Counted from the whole stretch's first letter, positions 46,969 through 58,166 are shown. The stretch is DNA of 64,000 nucleotides, filler included, from Corallochytrium limacisporum Hawaii (GCA_002811645.1; 10 parts of 10 records of this genome joined end to end with filler, not necessarily neighbours in it); one strand, 5' to 3'. The notes: a model not told the origin generated them from the sequence alone. Translations and numbers: made by a program.

Positions 46969-47754
46969 CTACATGACCATGACCATGGCTGCACCTGCCG
47001 CGGTTAAACCTACATTCAGGGCGGTGGAGTCGACACCATTGCTCTCTGCTTCAGTGGCCTCCGCATCATCGCGAATCTGGATGCTGTTGACTAATTCCTC
47101 CACTTTATCCAATCTTGCTGTAAGTTCGGCTAGATCGACCTCAAACTGGTCATTGGCACTGCTAATCTCGGTTGCATTTATGTCTGGACAGGCTACAGAG
47201 GCTTCTTCGCCTACGAAAGCGTGGATATATGGCGCGGGTTCGTCTAGGGCACCCCAGGCTTGCCCTTCGGCGGGGATAGTGATCCAATTATGAGTCTCAC
47301 CACTTGCGCATTGCTGAATCGTAGGCATCCAAATAACATTCAAGCCATTCCACAGTTCATGGCCACCACACCCAAGCCTTGCGGAGAATCCAAAGCTGCG
47401 AAATTGGTCGGCGTCAATGTGATCATCCTCAGTCTTTGCAGTCCAAGTAATTACTTCCGCAGTCTCAGTGAACAGGTGTCCGTGGTGCTCATAGTATTCA
47501 CTTGGATCTAGTTCGCGATTGATCACATTAACTTCAAAGCCAGGGACAACTTCAGGATTCATAGACCTGAAAGCACCAGGTGGGAGTTTGACTTGGACAG
47601 ATGTGGTGGGAGATTCTTCACAACCATGCGGCACTCGCACTTGGAAGTAGGCGCGGGTGGAAAACTCATGCGGTCCATCTGGATGCATGGTAACGTGAGC
47701 CATAGCACCACAGATGGTGCACAAATAAAGCAGTGAGGCTTTGAAGATGCACAT
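46969..47754 (-). CDS. YcnI/DUF1775-like copper-binding surface protein
   Basis: Signal peptide ending AMA|HVT (mature N-terminal His), VRVPHGCE, ITWTA, PTIQQC, W...PAP and a hydrophobic C-terminal anchor. Confidence 0.85.
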   Translation of the reverse strand: MCIFKASLLYLCTICGAMAHVTMHPDGPHEFSTRAYFQVRVPHGCEESPTTSVQVKLPPGAFRSMNPEVVPGFEVNVINRELDPSEYYEHHGHLFTETAEVITWTAKTEDDHIDADQFRSFGFSARLGCGGHELWNGLNVIWMPTIQQCASGETHNWITIPAEGQAWGALDEPAPYIHAFVGEEASVACPDINATEISSANDQFEVDLAELTARLDKVEELVNSIQIRDDAEATEAESNGVDSTALNVGLTAAGAAMVMVM

Positions 47755-49383
47755 GGTGAATTGGTTCAATACGATCGGTCTCTATTGAACTTAAGCAGGT
47801 GTATTGTGTATGTGAGATTCGAAGAGGGACGGATCCTCATCGCCTACCTTCGGTCTCCCTTTATAGCTGTTCGTGCGCAGGCTCACTGTCGACTAGTTAG
47901 GAATGACTACTCCTTGACTGTGTTACTACGGTGTACAGATATCTGCTATATTTCATGTCATGCGTTTCCTAAGTTGTCTGATCTTTGCTTTTGAGAATAA
48001 AATGACCTGAACATTTTGATCACCGCTTTAGTCACTATTCTCCTGCGCAGAAACATGTGATATGGGGTATCCGGTTCGAGTCCATGTTCCTCAAAGCTTC
48101 GCCCAGCTGATTTGTTGAAGATTTCGTATTATCGGCGATGTGAGTGGATATGTTGTGGCCACTGGCCTCATGATCTCTCCATTGCTGCGGTTTTCATCAT
48201 GGATGTTCGGCTCGCTGGGAGTTGTCCATGATTTCTGGGTACTTCAGTCTGAACTCCAAAATTCGGTCCCTTGGCGACCGACGCGGAAAGCGCATATAAA
48301 GAGTATGCAATGTGGCAAACGACCATGCGGAGCTGTTTGCGAATAGGCCGGGGTAGGGAAATGCGACCGACGTAAAATGCACAAAGACATAGTACTAAAA
48401 TAGTCATCTCATACAGGTTGGACCTCTCTTCTGGCGTCATCAGTTTATGAATGAGAACTGCGTGTCTCGCGCGACCGACAAATACTTCCAACCCTGTGCA
48501 TGAAAACTACGATCTCCCATTGCGCCCGCCCTTTCATAGATGGTTTCGGATGTTGAAGTTCTTGCAGACTCGGCAAACTGACTGCAACGGTACTGCCTCG
48601 CGTCAGCGTACATGTACAAAGAATTTGTATCAACATATGCGTATGGCAACTCCTGATGCCAATCCGCTGTCTGCGATGGGTCTCTTCGCGACCTACACTG
48701 ACGGAGATGCTATCCGAAAGTTATTGAGGTAACTGAGAGTCCATGAATTCTCTTGTCTTGCAAAATGTTGGCCCCGCCTCAGTCCAACTGTGACACATTT
48801 AGCGATCAGTAGCGCATGGAAAGCGTACACCAAATTAAATTCATTCCAACATGTATCAGAGGTCAGCAATCTAATAGCTGACATGCCCAGCAGTCGCCTG
48901 GAAACACGTCGATAACGACATCCGCAGATTTGAAAAATTGCTGACCACCGGCAACTAGCATGTGAATTTGCCATGGAAGATTTACAAATCAGAAAAATTC
49001 GGAAAGATAGTGGCTTTTTCAAAGGATGTTTACCCATGGCATCTTAGGTACATCGATGGCCTATGGTAGCCTTATCAGTAGTGTCCTGGGCTAGGGCCGT
49101 TTGTAGGTTGCAAGGTACCGAGCGCAATTTGCGAAGTCTGCCCCTGGGTTGACTTCGAACAAACCAAACATGTTCTCCTGACAGATGTACAAATGAATGT
49201 ATGGGGCGAAAAGCACGCATTCACATCGAGCCATTCTACATCAAAAGTGTAGTGATCTACTTAAATGTAAATATATGTCAAAGCATGTTAGCCTATTCAA
49301 GGCAACTTGAACCTTTTATTTTCAAGGTAATCTAATCTTATCAACGCAAATCAGTGACTTTACCGGTGAATCGCAATAATATC

Positions 49384-50064
49384 ATGAATTCTATTCGATC
49401 TAGTCATTTTTGTGAATATGATGCCTGTGCTGCTCCCCAAGTATTACAATTCACAGGAGAGGACCACAATGAGCTTGAATTGCAATGCACTCAGAACGAA
49501 ACGGTCCAGAATCGAGTCACAATCAATGCCCATGGGCAATTTGAGCGCCATAGCGAATTTGTAGTGACTGTATTCAACGCTTCCACCCAGGAATCAATCC
49601 ATCAGGAGACATTGACTTTGCCAGTACAGAACTACATCTTCATTGCTGACCCCCAGGTTGACTGTATGGTGCAGCTTCGCGCTGCCAAGGGCACCCTGGC
49701 AGTCTTCTATAACGTAATCATGGACACAGCACCAAAAGATGCAACAGATGTGGCATCCAATCAACTTTCCTGTGACACACTGCCTCTTGCTAAGGTACTT
49801 AATCAGCCCCAAACCAACTGCGACAATGGATTAGTATATTGTAACGCTACTGACGCAGACAATGCCGCCGCAGCTGGATCAAAGGAGACCATCGACAACA
49901 ATGATGTTCTTTTAAGCTATGGTAGCCTCACTGGGATTATTCTTGCAGCACTTCTTGTAGGCCTGTGCATCGGCGCACTAGTAATGTTTATACATCGAAG
50001 AGCACAGCTTCGCAGCTATGCAAAGCAAGTCGATCAAGTACATGGTACGCCTGCCCAGTTGTAG
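49384..50064 (+). CDS. Single-pass membrane protein with Cys-containing ectodomain (5' end uncertain)
   Basis: TM segment LTGIILAALLVGLCIGALVMFI followed by HRR stop-transfer. No signal peptide in the ORF, so upstream exon(s) may be missing. Confidence 0.55.
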   Translation: MNSIRSSHFCEYDACAAPQVLQFTGEDHNELELQCTQNETVQNRVTINAHGQFERHSEFVVTVFNASTQESIHQETLTLPVQNYIFIADPQVDCMVQLRAAKGTLAVFYNVIMDTAPKDATDVASNQLSCDTLPLAKVLNQPQTNCDNGLVYCNATDADNAAAAGSKETIDNNDVLLSYGSLTGIILAALLVGLCIGALVMFIHRRAQLRSYAKQVDQVHGTPAQL

Positions 50065-50820
50065 CTGGATCTAAGGTCATCAACATTGTGTGTCTCTTCC
50101 TCCAAAGTTTAGCCCTAATGTGGTCGATGGTGGGCCGTCTGAAAGCCGTTCACGGATGAATGTCATTTGACTCCACCTCTGGGTGGATTAGTGATACTGT
50201 AAAGAAAGCAACTGGCAGAGAGTAAAGGTTTACGTCTACTCCGCTATTTTTCCGATTGTCATTTACAGCTTGGAATTATATTGGAAAGGAAGTTAGACCT
50301 GGACAGCTGTAGACTGACAGGAAGACTTTTTATGTTTCAGGAGCTTCGGTATTTGGCCTTGATATGATTGATATACAGACCCATCCGTTTACCTCTTCTT
50401 CCTCTCCCCCCAAGAGGGGTCAGCATGGGCTTGCCCCGTGCCAGCGCAACTCCCAACTGACACTCTCGGTCCAACCCCTCACTCTTTCACTAAGTCCTGT
50501 TCACTGTCCGCTCTCTTGTCTTTTTCACTTGGAGGACATTTTTCTTCCGGGTCATCTTTTGGATTCTTGGGTGTGAGTGTGAATCATTAACAACGGGTGG
50601 TACCACGCACCACGGTAAAGAGGCGCGAGACGTGTCCTTCACGTTGGCAATGGCAATCGCGCATAAACCACCGTATGAAACCGTTCGCGAATACAAAGCA
50701 TGGGTTAGGGTNNNNNNNNNNNNNNNNNNNNNNNNNNNNNNNNNNNNNNNNNNNNTTAATTAATTAANNNNNNNNNNNNNNNNNNNNNNNNNNNNNNNNN
50801 NNNNNNNNNNNGGGGGGGGT

Positions 50821-51996
50821 GTGATGTGGAAGTAATTGGTAGAGGCGCATCTACATTCTCCATCGCTTCTAATCATTTTGCTGGGTGGGGGGGGGTGGGG
50901 TATCTTTCCTGGACCTGCAGGAATTTACTGTGGTGGGGAAGGGGAGGGGGTCTCCAACGTTTTGAAACCGTTGGGGGACGGACCGCCCTTCTTCTGCAAC
51001 GCACAGGGGGGAATGACTCAAAAAGGGATCCCATTGGGGTGCTGTATCGATCACAACACCATTCGCGGGCATCCTGTGGCCGATGCAGCCAGCACCGCTG
51101 CCGTTCGTTCGGGCAGAAGGACCCATGGACAAATAGCAAGGTATTGGTGATGTTCAGACTGGAGAACGCCCGCTTGCCCGGCTGGCTACGCGCTTCATCG
51201 GATGGCAAACCGCGCAGGACACGCACATCAAGAAATGCCATCAATGGGCACTTGCATTTGCCTTAAAGAAGACCAGAAAACAATAACAGGTTTGTATTAA
51301 GAATCCCAACCTCCCTTTTACAATGTATGTCGAATGTACGGTTGACCGTGTCTCATACAGAAACGGAAATGAATGAATAGAGAGGTAGTTTGTTATGAAT
51401 GAACGTGTTCCCGACGGTGTGTCAGTAATGGCCTTTTCTTTATGTCGTGTGTTACTTTTTGCGAGAACGGGATCCACCTCCCCCTTCATCGTTGTGCCGG
51501 TGGCTGCTGGGGGGGGGGGGGTGGTGGTGGCTACCCGGTTTGGACCAACATTCCTTCTGTGTTTCGTTATCAAAGTACGCTCATAGGTGTATGAGTTTTC
51601 GTTATCGATTTTATGTGGAGGTTGGCCGTGGTTGCTCGTGTCCTGCCGCACGCATCAGGTGGTGAAGGGAGGGGGGGGGGGGGGGGGCGAGAGGTATTGA
51701 AAGGAGAAAATAGGAAAAAAAAAAAAAGAAAAACAATAAAAGGGACAACACAGACCAGAAGATAAACTACCAACCAAACAATGCAAGCAATCAGCAGAAG
51801 CACGATGAATATTAAAAAAAAAAAAGAAAACAAGAAAGCACAACCCACAAAACCAAGAGGAAGAGAGGACCGGGCCAAGAAAATGCCAAACAACTACCAA
51901 GTACGAACAAAGTCAATGGAACCATTGAAAAGAACAGAAAAAATGTGAAGGGGGGGGGGGGTGATGTGGAAGTAATTGGTAGAGGCGCATCTACAT
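50821..51996. repeat. About 1140-bp unit with identical ends (collapsed tandem repeat or circular contig)
   Basis: GTGATGTGGAAGTAATTGGTAGAGGCGCATCTACAT at 50821-50856 and 51961-51996, each preceded by a G-run. Confidence 0.75.
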
Positions 51997-54071
51997 NNNN
52001 NNNNNNNNNNNNNNNNNNNNNNNNNNNNNNNNNNNNNNNNTTAATTAATTAANNNNNNNNNNNNNNNNNNNNNNNNNNNNNNNNNNNNNNNNNNNNAACT
52101 CGCGCTCCTTTGCTGTTTAGCTGCTACCATACTATGCCAGTTACCGCAGATCCTCGTTCTACTGAAAAACTACCGCAACTATCGCGTCAGCGGAGTGCGC
52201 GAGGAGCAGGCGAGGAAGGTTGGTTTACTCACCTTCCGGCCCCGAATGTATGTTCAGCGGGGCGGCAAACAGGTAGACCGAATCGAGAGGTTTTGCATAC
52301 TTTTACGATAACATACGGAAGACCGGCTCCTTGGTAGCGTACCCGGTACCTCTCGATAAGCTAAACTCGTAACATTTGTCCATTGCTGACGAGTTTGGCA
52401 GGCCCGGTTCCAAGTGGGAATCACGGTACACACTATGTGGTCATCCTGTCACGATGCCACAATTCAGAGCTTAGCATGGAAGCAATTGTGTGAATTAGTA
52501 GTATATTTTCGTCCCCATGCCTGCATGATGGACATCGATTGCAGTGGGATTGTCCATGCAATGGCCTGGAATTGTTTTGATGGATATACCGCATATAATG
52601 TCAGTATTTGCCGATAGTCCAAGCTGCCTCCGACTCCCGGCCCGTTGCGTCACAACATCGTAACATTTTGAGAGCCATGCTCAAGCAACACCAGGACGCA
52701 CGTGGAAGACTTAAACACTGTTGCACTCTACGAGTGGCCAAAGAAGGGAAGACTTAGGGTGGAAGAGTCCATGGAAATGACTGTGCACAGACTGAGAATT
52801 AGAGGACAGATCGATCACATCCGTCCGTAATCTCGGCGCTATCAGGGATTGGGATCATCAAATGATATCCTAACGACTTCACTTGACCCGAAAAACTTCG
52901 GCTAGCCCCGCCGCACAAGCGTTTGGGCTGCCCTCCCGCGGCGGTACATGAATACACACTTAGCGCGTTAGTGGCTGGGTCTGCAAAAAGCGCGAAGCGC
53001 CATCGTGGTCAATAGCTGACAGCACAAAGGAACGTTTGGATGTTGAGACGATTGTGAGGTCATGTCGGTTTAACAGTCTGGGCTGATGGTAAACTGCAGG
53101 TTGGGTCACATCGCAACCAATTTGCGCAAAGGCCATTTACGTGTGCAAGGCATATTTTCACACCGGTTCGCACCTTCCTCACCATTGTCTTAGGCATAGT
53201 CTGTGGAATGTAGTGTTTCCCGGTGAAGTGGTGGTGTATGTGACCCCCAAGGGGGCGCACAAAGAAGTCTGTTGTGCACGGTTCATTCAGTCAGGACCGG
53301 AAGTGGACAAGTTTGCCTCAGACCTTGAGAATGTCAGTATTTTGAAAACTGAGGAATTGCATTGAAAAGAAGGACAATCGTCAGGTGTCCTGTGCCTAGG
53401 TCCGAGGGAGGACAAAGTTTGTGGAACGGGTAAGGAGACGGGGAAAAGGGCTTTTCGGGGATGTAATTGAAGCAGACCGAAGTATCGATTGATTTGGATC
53501 GATGCACGGCTGCTGAGGTAGAGTATGGAACTGAAGACCATGACTGTTCGGAAGTCACCTATGCAACAGAAACAATAGGGCAACGGGCAACATGGTTGCG
53601 AAAGGGAGCGTCCGAGTCATCCGTCTCTATCATGGACACCCACCACCTCCGTGGGGCATCGGCAGGCCTATACGCATGCTTACGTCAAAGAAGCATCATG
53701 CTCGCCAACTATTCTGACTGATCATAATTATCTACTGGAGTCGAGGATAGACTCTGCAAAAGGTTCAGAATATTTTTCTAGAGTCCAACAACGGGAAACA
53801 CGATCGCAACCGCGGCCAAGTGGATTTCATCCTTTCCATCACCATTTTGTGTGGTGTCTGGCACACACAAACCCGAGGATATATGTCAATCATCAGGACA
53901 TCATGCAGACGAACCCGCTGGCCACGAAAATTTTCCCTATTCCACAAGTAAGGCCGTACGGTCAGTCTACTTTACCGCAGGGTATATAAGGATCGACTGA
54001 TCAGCAAGGTTGCCGTGGGCAAAAGTCCCATTAAGACAACTCCTAAGCGCAGGAACAATCAAAACTTGATC

Positions 54072-54902
54072 ATGAACTTCAAACTTCAATGGGCGACTGC
54101 CACCTTGGCCACGGTTGCAACTGTCACGCATGGTGCTCCCTTAACTGCTTCCGACGGTTATGCGATTTGCGAGAGTCCCTTGGCTACTTGTGACATCAGT
54201 TTGCTACAGCAGGGTTGGGATAACCCAAATTTCTTTTTTGCCCTTGGCGCCCAGTGCGATACAAGGACCATCGCAAAAGAATATGTTGCCCAGAAAGAGA
54301 ATCTAGAAGACTACATCCTCCAATTCGTGGGCAACTTCAATTACCCACAGAACTCATCGTCCACCATGGAACTTGAAACGGCATAGTGGGACACCATGAA
54401 CAAGATGACAATCCTTTGGGGACCGCTTCTGCAAGCACCTTACTACGACCCAGATGTGGACCAGAACGACTTGAACGACTACGTTCAAAAACTCTATGCG
54501 GTCATGCAAGGTACTGATGTCACCCCTTGTGCTTCCGACAGCTACGACCAAGGGGATGGGATTCCATACGCCGTTGCCTTTCCCCTGTGGCATACGTATA
54601 ATGCTGCCCTTATGCCAAACCCAGATTATGTGCAAAGTACCTGGTGGACAATGGACTACACGCGCGTCCCAATGCATGCACAGTACGACACCAATACCAA
54701 CAGTGGACCATCATGCGATACGGAGGACATTGGATACGAGAAAGACGTGGCCCTAACCACAAGTGCAACCAACAGCTACTCCATCTCCGACTCCTTCACA
54801 ATGTCCATGCAAAGTAAGACTTCAACGTCAGTGAGCACCAAGTTGGCCGGCATTGGTGCCAGCGTCAGCGAGGAACTCACTGTGGGATTCTCTAAGCCTT
54901 GA
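54072..54902 (+). pseudogene. Secreted aerolysin/ETX-MTX2-like beta-pore-forming protein, interrupted and truncated
   Basis: Signal peptide MNFKLQWATATLATVATVTHG. The two ORFs share a frame and are separated by TAG at 54384-54386. The end is a Ser/Thr-rich alternating beta-hairpin (SYSISDSFTMSMQSKTSTSVSTKLAGIGASVSEELTVGFSK) that runs into transposase DNA. Confidence 0.6.
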
Positions 54903-55609
54903 CCTCTTCAAATCGTTGGACAGAGCCAGAGCAAGAGCAAGAGGTGTTCGGCTTCGCAGGTTGAGTGATCTCGTAGGCAACGTTCAGAATGCTTATGATA
55001 ACTGAGATTCAGATGCAATTGCACGTTGTTGGCGCACGCTTTTGAACAACATGGTGGCAATGTTGGAACATGACGGGAGTAACTTCTTCCGGCAAGACTC
55101 TGGCGGCTGAACTCGACTATGGTGTGCCCACTCTCGATCCGGATACACTCGAGAAAACGAAGACTGTAGAAGCGAAGTTGCGGATTTGCAATGGCTCGTG
55201 CAGTCGCAGTGGAGGGAAGGGGAGCCAACTCAGTCTTTGGTCATGAAACACCAAGAAGGCCCCTTCGACATGATCTGCGAGAAACATCTCTCAGATACTT
55301 CTGTTTCGCCATCAAATTCGACATGGTGGTCTGTAAGACATTGGTTCGTCTTAGCATAGTGGCAGCTGTCGAGAAATATTTTTTTGCTAAGACTTATATA
55401 TCGACAAAGTGTGGATAGCATGAAAATCAACATTTTGAGACGGGGTATCTTTCTTTGGATATGAATCAATAAAATGAAATATGGCGAAAATGACTTTTGT
55501 ATTTTATAAAGTATTTAAAAAAAATGGGAGTAAAACAATCTTGAGTCATCAAAGCTGTTGGGAGCCTCGTTTTCGTCAGTTTTCGCCCTTTTTCCCGCTT
55601 CAGAGGGTG
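54898..55609 (+). mobile_element. 5'-truncated decayed mariner-like element: transposase C-terminus plus right end
   Basis: Manual translation from 54898: LDLFKSLDRARARARGVRLRRLSDLVGNVQNAYDN*DSDAIARCWRTLLNNMVAMLEHDGSNFF, then by frameshift GKTLAAELDYGVPTLDPDTLEK. This resembles the LDLGFF...ELI..V..AF....L......LQ..M......GGN.Y tail of plant-type (DD39D) mariner transposases. Ends ...CTTCAGAGGGTG|TAC. Confidence 0.75.
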
Positions 55610-55626
55610 TACAGTCGTACATGTCC

Positions 55627-55927
55627 CTAAACCCTTGGTACAGAAACCAGATTTGCCCAATTATTTAGCTCTTTTGTTAGCTCTGTTGTTTTCTCGGAGT
55701 CTTCTACTGCCTGGGCTAGCTCTGTTGTTTTCTCGGCTGTGGCTTGACTAGCCATAATCATTGACAGGAACATCAGCTGTTGTGCTAATATCAATTGTCC
55801 CGGGTCCGTAGAATCAACGCTGGTCATGGCGTTGCCAAGATCCAAGGATACAGGGGCAAGATTCTCGGATACAGGGGCACCGGCAACGATAGTCTCGGAT
55901 AGAGGGGCACCGGCAACGATAGTTGTG
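55627..55927 (-). CDS. 3' fragment of a repeat-containing protein (5' end beyond the contig)
   Basis: Open frame from the contig end: TTIVAGAPLSETIVAGAPVSENLAPVSLDLGNAM...EKTTEL..EKTTEL...PRV*, with 30-bp tandem coding repeats. Confidence 0.45.
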
Positions 55928-56027
55928 NNNNNNNNNNNNNNNNNNNNNNNNNNNNNNNNNNNNNNNNNNNNTTAATTAATTAANNNNNNNNNNNNNNNNN
56001 NNNNNNNNNNNNNNNNNNNNNNNNNNN

Positions 56028-56266
56028 TTTGTACGACTACGATGTGTTCAATGTCAAGCCAAAGTCAAAATAGTCCTTTTTTGAGAGTAGCAGGGACTCT
56101 TCGTTTGAATCAGCTATTGAAATATTTTTTTATGATTGTTAAAAAGAGCAAAATATAATGAAATAGAATGGAATCAATATAAGTTATTATACAATCAAGA
56201 TTAAAAAAGATCCTCGGGAGTCAAGTTTTTCGGAGTTTTGACCCTAACATACCAGACAGAGGGTGG
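56028..56266 (+). mobile_element. Right end (type R) of mariner-like transposon
   Basis: Ends ...ACATACCAGACAGAGGGTGG|TAC. Near-identical to 57969-58166. Starts with LYDYDVFNVKPKSK*. Confidence 0.8.
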
Positions 56267-57780
56267 TACACAAACTCGCACTGTCATCAAGAATTTCGCC
56301 CCCCGCAGAACCCTTCCCCGACGGGGCTAAAGACCCATAAGTGTACCGGTAGCTACAGCAAACACAATACCAACCCGCCTTCCTATTGTGTCCAACGATG
56401 GAAAACTTACCATAATTGGACAGTGATTTGAACATAATTAGAGCGATAAAAGACGGAGAGGGGGACGAGGAAAAGAGAAAGGAGAAAACAGAGCGGTGGT
56501 TTTTGGGCCTTGGAAATGGGGGTGTTTGTGCGGAGGAGGCTGGGGCCTAGGGGACAGAGCGGTATCGCTCTCTCTCGTCCCATACACACCTTTGTACCAT
56601 TCGGGGCCCCCGAGAGAAGAGAGAGGAGGAGGGCCCAGGAATTTCCCCCCCCCGGGGGGGGGGGGGGGGGGGGGGGCCGGTTTCCCCGACCCGAGTCGCC
56701 CTCCCTGCAATCTTCCGAAAACCCGGCGTGGGCGGAAGAGGGGCTCACGGCACACTTTGAGGATGCCCAATGTTGTAACAACGGAACTTCACCAGGGGCA
56801 ACTTGATGGACCTGGAGTCTGTTCTAAGACACAGCCTGCAGCCTGTTGTGGTTACTCTGTTTGTTTGATCTTATCATGTTTCGTGACCATGTTTGCTATC
56901 TGACTTCCACCGAACAAAACGGGGATCCGTTTCCAACCACACTGGAGACGGCCAACCGATGATTGTCACTGTGCAATTTGGACGTCGGGTGCACTCGGAC
57001 CATTGGAACATGAATCTACTACAGGACCCGCTAGAACATGCACCCTGTTCATTAATCAGGTTGTCGCTACATCTGCACATGTTTCTTAGGTAGTGTGTTG
57101 AGCAAAAGCCCGGTGTGCCTGTGAGTGCACTGGTTCTGGGTTGCAACCGCTGTAGGCACCCAATCACATCCACGGAAGCCGCTGTCATCACCGCCTCGAG
57201 GTCTACGGCCAGCATCCAGACACAATAGTACAATGCTCTCAGAGAAACCAGATCAGCTACATACGTGGATGCTGAACGGATGGGACTGCCATCGCAGAGC
57301 GGATCTTGTTCGTCGCGTACGCACGCGCAAATGCAACACGGATTCTTCTCTTGACCTTCTGCATATTCAACCCGGGGGGCCCTGGGCGCTGCTGCCACGG
57401 ACGAGGATTTGTACCACCCGCCCTTCCCACCCCTTCGTACCGTTCCGCAGCGGTCGCGCCCCCCCACCCTTCCTTCTCCTCTCCCTTCCAAACCGAGGTC
57501 TCATAACTCAAAAAAAAAATATACCTACCGCCGCCACGGCATGTGTTGTACAAGCGAAAACACGCACCCAGCCCCGTGTGTCCCGTGCGTGTGCCAACGG
57601 TGGTTTCTACCCTGCCAAGCGTGACTTGCCCCTCTCCAACCACCCACCCCCTCACTGGAGAAAAGAAAAAAAAGGCGAAGAAATTTTTAGAAAAGAAACA
57701 GCAAATAAAAAAATAAGAGAACCCCCCCCCTCCCCCAAAGCCCCAGGAGGGGGGAGGGAGAGAGCGAACGAAATTCAGTA

Positions 57781-57868
57781 CCAACCTCTGTTCAATAAAA
57801 AAGTGCATAATTTACATTATGGTTTGAAAGCTTCGTTTGAATCTTATAAAATCGGCTTCTTTTGAGTA
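57781..57868 (+). mobile_element. Terminus (type L3) of mariner-like transposon
   Basis: CAGTA|CCAACCTCTGTTCAATAAAAAAGTG..., identical to the reverse complement of 1-87. Confidence 0.8.
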
Positions 57869-57968
57869 NNNNNNNNNNNNNNNNNNNNNNNNNNNNNNNN
57901 NNNNNNNNNNNNTTAATTAATTAANNNNNNNNNNNNNNNNNNNNNNNNNNNNNNNNNNNNNNNNNNNN

Positions 57969-58166
57969 AATAGTCCTTTTTTGAGAGTAGCAGGGACTCT
58001 TCGTTTGAATCAGCTATTTAAATATTTGTGCATGATTGTTAAAAAGAGCAAAATATAATGAAATAGAATAGAATCAATATAAGTTATTATACAATCAAGA
58101 TTAAAAAAGATCCTCGGGAGTCTAGTTTTTCGGAGTTTTGACCCTGACATACCAGACAGAGGGTGG
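57969..58166 (+). mobile_element. Right end (type R) of mariner-like transposon
   Basis: Near-identical to 56069-56266. Ends GAGGGTGG|TAC. Confidence 0.8.

Noticed and set aside
49239-49254. 16-bp match CATCAAAAGTGTAGTG to the reverse strand near 63850
   Set aside because: About one such match is expected by chance in 64 kb, and there is no flanking similarity.
54384-54386. Programmed stop read-through or reassigned TAG/TGA codons
   Set aside because: Intact genes here end in TAA, TAG and TGA normally, and the clear in-frame stops occur in an already truncated locus.
56028-56300. Fanzor/TnpB omega-RNA locus (conserved 3' region followed by variable flank)
   Set aside because: No RuvC/TnpB motifs are visible, and the ORF tails do not resemble a RuvC-III end. 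TIRs, TA flanks and a mariner transposase remnant explain the pattern.
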